The position numbers and the translations under genes were made by a program. From Bacteroidia bacterium (GTDB lineage: Bacteria; Bacteroidota; Bacteroidia; J057), in contig JAWKNL010000032.1 of NCBI GenBank assembly GCA_041391725.1, positions 1,550 to 65,549 on the forward strand: a stretch of DNA of 64,000 nt, read 5' to 3'. The notes below the pieces were generated by a model. The model ran no database searches. It was not told the origin of the DNA and saw nothing but the letters and a program-made list of their open reading frames with translations. How positions within the stretch are numbered: the first letter of the stretch is position 1; every line of letters begins with the position of its first letter. Positions 56,936 to 64,000 of this stretch are shown in pieces.

Positions 56936-57425
56936 TACTTCTCCTATAAGTAATTTGATTGATTTAGGACAGTTAACTCTGTTAAGGGCACTCTTCAATC
57001 AGGTAGTCATACCTACTGCGGTAGAAAGTGAATTATTGCAAGTTGAAGACCCCCAATTCCGTCACTCTTACTTACAATCCCGAGAATCGGGTTGGTTAAT
57101 CGTAAAATCCCCTGTTAACTTATCGAAGTTAATCGCTTAAAACAAATACTTGACCCAGGAGAAGCTGAAGCTATTTCACTTGCATTGGAATTGAATGCCC
57201 AAACATTGCTTATTGATGAAAGAATGGGGTATAAGGTCGCACATCAAAGCCATTTGCGCGCAGTAGGTGTTTTAGGTATCCTGATTGAGGCCAAAGAAGG
57301 GCTTGATTCCTGATGTGCGCTCATACCTTGACAAGCTAAAATACGAGATTGGCTTTGGGGTTTCAGATAATGTATATAGGCATGTATTGAATCTTGCAGA
57401 TGAGCCTAATACCTGCCAGTTATAA
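56907..57425 (+). pseudogene. DUF3368/PIN-like toxin, two frameshifts
   Basis: VIVVSDTSPISNLIDLGQLTLLRALF..VVIPTAV..EL | ..LDPGEAEAISLALEL....LLIDERMGYKVA....RAVGVLGILIEAKE | GLIPDVRSYLDKLKYEIGF.VSDNVY, in three frames. Confidence 0.55.
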
Positions 57426-57541
57426 ATAAAATTTCCCGAACCACCAGCCAAAATTGCAGAAAACAGTCCCATCTGACAGCACTTGTTGGATGGGATTTTT
57501 TATACTATATATTTATTCTTCTTTCCGGGAAAGAAATAGAA

Positions 57542-57868
57542 ATGCATAATTATCTCGGACAATTTGAAGAACTCGTTCTCCTCACCGTAGCCCTGCTCGG
57601 AGAGGAGGCTTATGGTGTGGCGATCAAAGACCAGTTGGAAACCCATACGGGCAACAGCGCCAGTATCGGAGCCCTCCACGCCGCACTTGACCGAATGGAG
57701 CGAAAAGGGTTTCTGGTTTCGACTACCGGCGGCACGACAGCCGAGCGCGGCGGCAGGCGGAAACGCTATTTCTCCGTCACCAGCCTCGGAAAAGATGCCC
57801 TGAAGGAAGCCCGCACCCTGCGTGAGTCTCTCTGGGAAAACCTCCCGCCTCATTTTGCGATTGACTAG
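57542..57868 (+). CDS. PadR-family transcriptional regulator
   Basis: FEELVLLTVALLGEEAYGVAIKDQLE...GALHAALDRMERKGFL. Confidence 0.8.
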   Translation: MHNYLGQFEELVLLTVALLGEEAYGVAIKDQLETHTGNSASIGALHAALDRMERKGFLVSTTGGTTAERGGRRKRYFSVTSLGKDALKEARTLRESLWENLPPHFAID

Positions 57869-57875
57869 CTGAACA

Positions 57876-60503
57876 ATGAAAAATTTACCCTCACCTCCCC
57901 TGTGGATTCAGCGATTTTTTCGCTGGTATTGCAATCAAAGCCACCAGGAACATCTGGAGGGGGATTTGTTTGAGCTCTTTGAACGAAGGGTAAACACACA
58001 TGGTCTCCGCCGCGCAAAATGGTACTATTTCAGGGATGTAATAGACCTGGTTCGCCCCTTCACCCTTCGAAGAAATATCTCTCCTTATTATCCTTTTATC
58101 TACCCGGATATGTTTTTTCACCAGCTAAAAACCGTCCTCCGCAACATGCGGAGAAATGCCTCATTCACCCTCATCAATGTTCTGGGGCTTACCCTGAGTC
58201 TGATTGCCACACTGGTAATCTTTCTCAAAGTGGGGCACGACCTCAACTTTGATCGAAGCATGCCCGCCGCCGGATATATTTTCCGGGTACTTGCCGACGG
58301 AAGCGATCACTACCACGCAGGTATTCCTGAACCGGTGTATGAAGTGATTCGAACCAATTTTCCTCAGATCGAAGCTATGGCGGTGATTGACCGCAATTTT
58401 GAAGTGCCGGTACTCACGATAACCGATGAAAACGGGCAGAAAAAACAGTTTAAGGAAGAACAGGTAGCCATGGTATGGCCTGAATACTTAAAGATATTTA
58501 CCTATGAATGGATTGCCGGAAATCCTCTCACAGCGCTGGAAAATCCGCATTCAGCAGTGATTGCCCGCAGTATGGCTGAGCGGATGTATGGGACATCGGA
58601 TGTAGTAGGAAAAACATTCAGCCTCAATCAGGAAACGGAAATGCTGATTACCGGCGTTTACAACGACCCGCCGCTGTCCACCAATTTTCCGTTCCTCCTG
58701 CTGATGTCCAAAAGCGGAGATCTGGTACCACCATGGCTCAAAGGGCAGTGGAATTCATTTGCAGAAACGTTTCAGCTTTATGTAAAAATAAACCCCCACG
58801 CAGATATAGACAGCCTGAATGCCCACCTGGCAGGCATTCTTAAAACTGCCGCACCGAAGGAGGAGAATATCCTTTACACCCTCCGCCTGCAACCGCTGAA
58901 AGACATCCACCTCGATACACGGCATTATGCCATCGGAAAACCTGCCATAAGCCGAACGACCCTCGGCGCGCTGGTACTGATTGCTGTTTTCCTGCTTATT
59001 TCCGCCTGTATAAATTTTATCAACCTCAACACTTCCCTTATTTTCCAGCGGGCAAAAGAGGTAGGTCTGAGAAAAGTACTGGGCAGCCAGAACGGGAATA
59101 TATTCCGCTTTTTTATGCTGGAAACCGGCGTATTGGTAATCATCTCCTTTTTTATTGCCATTGCCCTTACACCGTTAGTACTCCGGCAGGCTGAATTTAT
59201 TCTGGGCGAAAAACTGCCAATTTCCCTGGTAGGCCAGCTCGGTTTGTGGCCCTGGATTCTGGCATTTTTTGTTTTGGTCTGCCTGCTGGCAGGATTATAT
59301 CCGGCTTTTTTGCTTTCCCGGATCAATCCGGTAATCGCACTGAAAAACAAAGTGGAGAAAAGTTATGGCAAGGGAATGTCGCTTCGCAAAGGATTGATGG
59401 TGATGCAGTTTTCCATCAGCCAGATGCTGATCATCTGTATGCTGGTGGCGATGCAGCAGATGCAGTTTTTTCATAATGCGCCAATGGGTTTTGACCATAC
59501 GGCATTGATCGAGGTGAAAACCCCTGCCAATGATTTTCAAAAGCTGAAACAGATCAAGGAGGCATTTTTACAGGACCCGTCGATCCGCTCGGTGTGTTTT
59601 TCCAACAATGGCGCTGCAGCAGACGGATACTGGCAATACGACTTTGCCTATCTTCCGCAGGACTCACAAAAGACTGAAATCAAGGGAAACACACATATTA
59701 AAATTGTTGACAATGACTATATCTCAACCTACGGAATTGAGCTGGTCGCAGGTGCGCCTTTCGCTGAATGGGATACCCTTTCCTACACCATCATCAATGA
59801 AACCCTGCTGAAAATGATCGGGCTGAATGATGGGAATGAAGCGCTGGGACAAATAATCACTATCGGTGGTCAGAAATACCAGATTCAGGGGGTAGTGAAG
59901 GATTTTCACCTGCAATCGCTTCATTCGGAGATCGCACCGGCTGTACTAATCTGTGATATCCATAATACTTATACCTGTGGTATAAAAATTAAGGGACAAA
60001 ACCTGAATAAAACATTAGCCCACATAAGCTTTACCTGGGAAGAAACTTTTCCGGGGAATGTATTTGAATATCGTTTCCTTGACGATATCATTGCCAGTTT
60101 TTATGAAAATGAAAAGCGGGTAATGGAGTTGTTTCAGCTTGCGGCGATCATTGCGATCTGCATCGGCGCACTGGGACTGTTTGGACTGATATCGCTTATC
60201 GCTGCCCAGCGAAACAAGGAAATCGGCATACGAAAGGTATTGGGCGCCTCGGTGGGCAATATCCTTGCGATATTTTCGGCAGACTTTGGATGGCTGGTAT
60301 TGCTGGGATTTGTGATCGCCGCTCCTTTTGCCACCTGGGCGATGTTAAGCTGGCTGGAAAATTTTGCCTATCGGATTCCGCTTCAACTGGGCGTATTTGT
60401 ACTGGCCCTGCTGGCTTCGGGGCTAATCATGCTGCTCAGCATAGGCTGGAAGACTTTTCGCGTGGCGTCTATGAATCCTGTGGATGCCATCCGGGATGAA
60501 TGA
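57876..60503 (+). CDS. FtsX/MacB-like ABC transporter permease (duplicated FtsX domains)
   Basis: N-terminal 'permease prefix' typical of PadR-linked FtsX proteins. Two 4-TM FtsX modules (EVGLRKVLGSQ.., EIGIRKVLGAS..). Confidence 0.8.
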   Translation: MKNLPSPPLWIQRFFRWYCNQSHQEHLEGDLFELFERRVNTHGLRRAKWYYFRDVIDLVRPFTLRRNISPYYPFIYPDMFFHQLKTVLRNMRRNASFTLINVLGLTLSLIATLVIFLKVGHDLNFDRSMPAAGYIFRVLADGSDHYHAGIPEPVYEVIRTNFPQIEAMAVIDRNFEVPVLTITDENGQKKQFKEEQVAMVWPEYLKIFTYEWIAGNPLTALENPHSAVIARSMAERMYGTSDVVGKTFSLNQETEMLITGVYNDPPLSTNFPFLLLMSKSGDLVPPWLKGQWNSFAETFQLYVKINPHADIDSLNAHLAGILKTAAPKEENILYTLRLQPLKDIHLDTRHYAIGKPAISRTTLGALVLIAVFLLISACINFINLNTSLIFQRAKEVGLRKVLGSQNGNIFRFFMLETGVLVIISFFIAIALTPLVLRQAEFILGEKLPISLVGQLGLWPWILAFFVLVCLLAGLYPAFLLSRINPVIALKNKVEKSYGKGMSLRKGLMVMQFSISQMLIICMLVAMQQMQFFHNAPMGFDHTALIEVKTPANDFQKLKQIKEAFLQDPSIRSVCFSNNGAAADGYWQYDFAYLPQDSQKTEIKGNTHIKIVDNDYISTYGIELVAGAPFAEWDTLSYTIINETLLKMIGLNDGNEALGQIITIGGQKYQIQGVVKDFHLQSLHSEIAPAVLICDIHNTYTCGIKIKGQNLNKTLAHISFTWEETFPGNVFEYRFLDDIIASFYENEKRVMELFQLAAIIAICIGALGLFGLISLIAAQRNKEIGIRKVLGASVGNILAIFSADFGWLVLLGFVIAAPFATWAMLSWLENFAYRIPLQLGVFVLALLASGLIMLLSIGWKTFRVASMNPVDAIRDE

Positions 60504-60708
60504 CAGGAAGAAAGTATTCCTGACTTTGGCAAAAATTGCCAGTGGAGAAAATCTGTTTTGGGAAAAAATACTAGTAACTGCCTGGCTTCAATGATTCTTC
60601 GCCTGGAGTGGCTGGAACTGCTTTAAGTTTTCCGGAATCTGGTAACAATCGATTGGTACGGGTTCAGAGGAGAAGATAATTTTGGATATGATTCATTTAA
60701 AAAAGAAA

Positions 60709-61611
60709 ATGATGAAACGTTCAGAGTTATTCTTCCGCCTGATAGCACTTCTTTTTGTGCTTTCCATCTCCTTGGTACATGCTCAGGTCTCTGACCCCAA
60801 TACCGGCTCAGAGGATAAAAAAGCAGGAATCGTGCTTAAAAATGATGGTACCGAGTTTGTCGGTTATATTCTTTCTGATGATACAAGAGAAGTACTGATT
60901 GAAACCAGTGAGCTTGGGAAAGTGATTATTCCCAAACACGAAATTAAATCCATCAAATACATTGATGCGAATGATAAGCTGATGATCAACTCAGTCGGCC
61001 GGAACCGGTTTGCCTCGCGCTATTTTCTCACTACCAACGGCCTGCCGATAGAGAAGGGAGAAGATTACGCGATGTTTAGTATTTACGGCCCGGAAATTCA
61101 CTTTGCAGTAAGTGACAATTTGTCTCTGGGAGTAATGACCACCTGGATGTTTGCGCCTCTGGTAGGATCAGCAAAATACTCTGTCCCGCTGGGGAAAAAT
61201 ATTAATCTGGGTGTAGGTGTCCTTGCAGGTGGAATATTCTACAGCTTCGCTCCCGGGGTAGGTGCTTTGGGATATGGCTCTCTGACTATCGGCGACAGAA
61301 CCTCCAACTTTACTGTATCTGCCGGGTACGCAGGTGTCACCGAGGTGGGTTATGGCGAATATAACTCCAGCGGTTCCGCCCCCCTGATGTCAGTTGCATT
61401 CATGGCTAAGGTCGGGAAAAATATGTCCTTTGTAGGTGATTCGTTTATCTATATGGCAGAGGGCGATAAATTTGCCCTGATCATGCCCGGCTTGAGGTTT
61501 TCCGACAATCCCAAACGCGCTTTCCAGATTGGAGTGGGAATGATTGTCGTGGATAATGAAGTTATTCCTTCGCCCATACCGGTAGTCAGTTGGTTCCGGG
61601 CGCTCAACTAA
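60709..61611 (+). CDS. secreted hypothetical protein (Gly/Ala/Val-rich C-terminal half, possibly beta-barrel)
   Basis: Signal peptide MMKRSELFFRLIALLFVLSISLVHAQ from the ATG at 60709. No family recognised. Confidence 0.5.
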   Translation: MMKRSELFFRLIALLFVLSISLVHAQVSDPNTGSEDKKAGIVLKNDGTEFVGYILSDDTREVLIETSELGKVIIPKHEIKSIKYIDANDKLMINSVGRNRFASRYFLTTNGLPIEKGEDYAMFSIYGPEIHFAVSDNLSLGVMTTWMFAPLVGSAKYSVPLGKNINLGVGVLAGGIFYSFAPGVGALGYGSLTIGDRTSNFTVSAGYAGVTEVGYGEYNSSGSAPLMSVAFMAKVGKNMSFVGDSFIYMAEGDKFALIMPGLRFSDNPKRAFQIGVGMIVVDNEVIPSPIPVVSWFRALN

Positions 61612-61712
61612 AAAGCATGTATTATCCCCCTGATTCCCTCAAAAAGAAAAATCAGAAAACAGAAACCGCAGAATAATCGTAATTTTAGGGGTAACCGGAA
61701 AACTAAGTTGTA

Positions 61713-62420
61713 ATGAAAAATCTGTTACCCCTTCCTTTGATGATTCTGATGGCCACAACCGGCCTCATCTCTTCCTGTGAAAACACACATTCATCTTCAA
61801 AAACATCTGCGTCAGGAGACGCTATCCATACAGCGGGGTCGGTAGAAAGTGCAACTGCCGATCCCGCTTCCTATAAAGACAAGGCAGGCACAGACACAGC
61901 CTATTTTGCCAGTGGCTGCTTCTGGTGCGTAGAAGCGGTGTATGAAAGTGTAAATGGTGTATATGAATCCATCTCCGGCTATTCGGGCGGCCACACCAAA
62001 AATCCTACCTATGAAGCCAGCAATACCGGAAAAACCGGCCATGCCGAGGCGGTAGAAGTGATTTACGACTCCACTGTGGTAAGTTATGCCACGCTGGTAG
62101 ATGTTTATTTCGGCTCACAAAATCCCACACAGGTCAACGGCCAGGGTCCCGATATAGGTTCACAATACCGCTCCATTATCTTCTACCGCAACGAAACGGA
62201 GAAAAAAATTGCGGAAGACAAAAAGGCGCAACTCGCCAAAGAACTTAACGCGCCGGTGGCTGCCGAAATCGTTGCTTTTGAGGTATTCTGGATAGCCGAA
62301 GATTATCACCAGAATTACGAAAGACTCCACCCCGATCAGCCCTATATCCAACGGGTGTCTCTTCCCCGGCTCAACCGGTTTAAGGAGAAGTTTCCGGCGC
62401 TATTGAAGCAGGGGCATTAA
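61713..62420 (+). CDS. msrA: peptide-methionine (S)-S-oxide reductase, lipoprotein form
   Basis: Lipobox LISSC. Catalytic GCFWCVE. GHAEAVEV, YHQNY. Confidence 0.9.
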   Translation: MKNLLPLPLMILMATTGLISSCENTHSSSKTSASGDAIHTAGSVESATADPASYKDKAGTDTAYFASGCFWCVEAVYESVNGVYESISGYSGGHTKNPTYEASNTGKTGHAEAVEVIYDSTVVSYATLVDVYFGSQNPTQVNGQGPDIGSQYRSIIFYRNETEKKIAEDKKAQLAKELNAPVAAEIVAFEVFWIAEDYHQNYERLHPDQPYIQRVSLPRLNRFKEKFPALLKQGH

Positions 62421-63220
62421 TGATCTGCTACAGCCGCCACCACGCGTAAAGGGCCGCCACTACCGCCTTTGATTTTCATGGGTAATGCAACGACCCATGC
62501 TCCTTTTGCGGGTAGTAAGTCCAGGTTTGCAAGATTTTCAAACCCCAGTATATTTTCCTGGTATAAAATCCGGTGACTTTCAAACAGCGTGGATTGTCCG
62601 TAGTCAATGCTGGGAGTATCGAGTCCTACTGCCTTGAGCTTGCGGTTTTGCGCCAGCCAGGTGGCTAAAGCGGGGTCTATTCCGGGAAAGTGTAGTTTGG
62701 CAACGGCTTCCGGCCCGCGTTCATCTGTGCCCATATAAGATACCCGGTCGGGCCAGAACTTACCATAACCCGTCCGGAAAAATACCATGGCATCCTCCGG
62801 AATGGCGCCATTTTCAGCTTCCCAGCGCGCGACATCTTCAACTGAAATCTGGTAATCAGGATTGTTTTTCGCACCTTCGGAGACATCAATAACCACTGCC
62901 TCTCCGATACCTTTTTCCACCGGGATTTCATTTACCGCCCATTTTCCCTCAGCAAAGTGAACCGGTGCATCCAGATGCGTTCCTCCATGTTCGGCAAGAC
63001 AAAACTGAAAAGCCGAATAATAATATCCGCCTTCCGTCTTTCCTGCAAATACCGTGTCCAGTTTAAATGATTCGGCAGTAGGCCAGAAGATCGTGTTTTC
63101 ATCAAAATCATGCGTGAGGTCTATCCATTTTCCCTGTGGGAATGTGCTATTGTTTTCGTTTTTAACAGGGGTACAGGCGACCCAAAAGATAATTACCGGG
63201 AGGATAAATGCATTTTTCAT
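62417..63220 (-). CDS. cyclase-family protein / kynurenine formamidase-like
   Basis: Signal peptide. Zn-binding HGGTHLDAPVHF motif. 4-nt convergent overlap with msrA. Confidence 0.75.
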   Translation of the reverse strand: MKNAFILPVIIFWVACTPVKNENNSTFPQGKWIDLTHDFDENTIFWPTAESFKLDTVFAGKTEGGYYYSAFQFCLAEHGGTHLDAPVHFAEGKWAVNEIPVEKGIGEAVVIDVSEGAKNNPDYQISVEDVARWEAENGAIPEDAMVFFRTGYGKFWPDRVSYMGTDERGPEAVAKLHFPGIDPALATWLAQNRKLKAVGLDTPSIDYGQSTLFESHRILYQENILGFENLANLDLLPAKGAWVVALPMKIKGGSGGPLRVVAAVADH

Positions 63221-63272
63221 AAACCTGATTGATTTAGTTTTAATAGTAATAAAAGTGGCATTCTACCCAATC

Positions 63273-64000
63273 TCACCCAGACTGTATATCCTCTTCATCG
63301 AGGATGAGTCCTGGCCGCTGCCATATTTTCCTGCAAATGGGAAACGGAAGATGTACCCGGAATCGGCAACATGACGGGGAATGCGCCAGCAGCCAGGCAA
63401 TGGCAATCTGATAAACCGTCGTTTTATGTTTTTGGGCGATTTATTGCAACACTTTATTTTCGAGGTCTCCTGCATCGAGGGGGTACTCAGGAATAACAAG
63501 CCACATCATTTTTCACACCACTTAAGCACTGATTCCAGTTGCGGTAGCGCAGGGAGTAGCGATTCTGACACTGACGAAGTCGATGTGTTTGACGGATTCG
63601 TTGAGATCTTTTTCATTTACCTCCGACAGCCCCAGGTGGCGGATCAGTCCCGCCTGCTGAAGTTCGCGGAGTTTGCCGAGGGTTTCGCCATAGGTACCCC
63701 TGATCAAACCGGTGGAGCTGGTATAGGTCGATGCGTTCCAGCTTCAGCCGTTTGAGACTGCCTTGCGTGCATTTTCGATATATTCGGGATCGGCTTTGGC
63801 GTCCAGCGGTTGGGGGGCCCTGACGGGTAAGACCACCTTGGTCGCGATCACAAGTCCTTCCGGATAAGGGTATAATGCTTCGGCAATAAGATTTTCGGAA
63901 ACTTCGGGCCCATAAGCATCAGCGGTATCGATAAAGTTTACCCCCAGATTCACACAGGTTTTGAGCACATTGAGTGCACCAGCTTTGTCGGCGGGTGGCC
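63273..64000 (-). pseudogene. aldo/keto reductase, multiply frameshifted; 5' end beyond window
   Basis: GVNFIDTADAYG..SE.LI..AL, IATK|GGLTR, RLKLERIDLYQLHR, ELQQAGLIRHLGLSEV, QIAIAWLL..SP.MLPIPGTSS..HLQENM are found in at least 4 alternating frames. Confidence 0.65.

Overview
This looks like a chromosomal segment from a Bacteroidota-type genome. Supporting signs are T9SS C-terminal sorting domains, SprB repeats, a CarboxypepD_reg-type TonB-dependent receptor and TAnnTTTG -7 promoter boxes. Most of the window is housekeeping or catabolic: rarA, gcvT, fumC, recX, tsf, pyrH, tRNA-Phe, a kdgK/uxuA/SDR hexuronate cluster, msrA, an ECF sigma operon, PadR+FtsX, and a TonB receptor next to a large T9SS protein.

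The stand-out is a co-directional minus-strand accessory block at 12120-22843, a type I R-M operon. Its hsdR and hsdM are broken into many reading-frame fragments. Four other genes in the block are intact: hsdS, a RayT-like Y1 transposase inserted between hsdM and hsdS, and a tightly packed three-gene cassette between hsdS and hsdR. The cassette is a DUF262/ParB-like protein, a DUF3696-type ATPase and a 318-aa orphan. It is the best candidate for an under-described defence module, although it may correspond to an already named system (possibly Menshen), which I cannot check here.

Other sequence-level oddities:
- A 28-bp perfect palindrome occurs twice in-frame inside the RayT gene.
- A heptanucleotide repeat family occurs inside and just upstream of hsdS and as a 182-bp array at the uxuA 3' end.
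- Four phased DnaA boxes lie in a divergent promoter region.
- One ORF joins a sulfatase leader to an alpha/beta-hydrolase body.
- Frameshifts are distributed very unevenly. Some sit at homopolymers in core genes and may be sequencing artefacts.

All family assignments come from motif recognition by eye. No searches were run.
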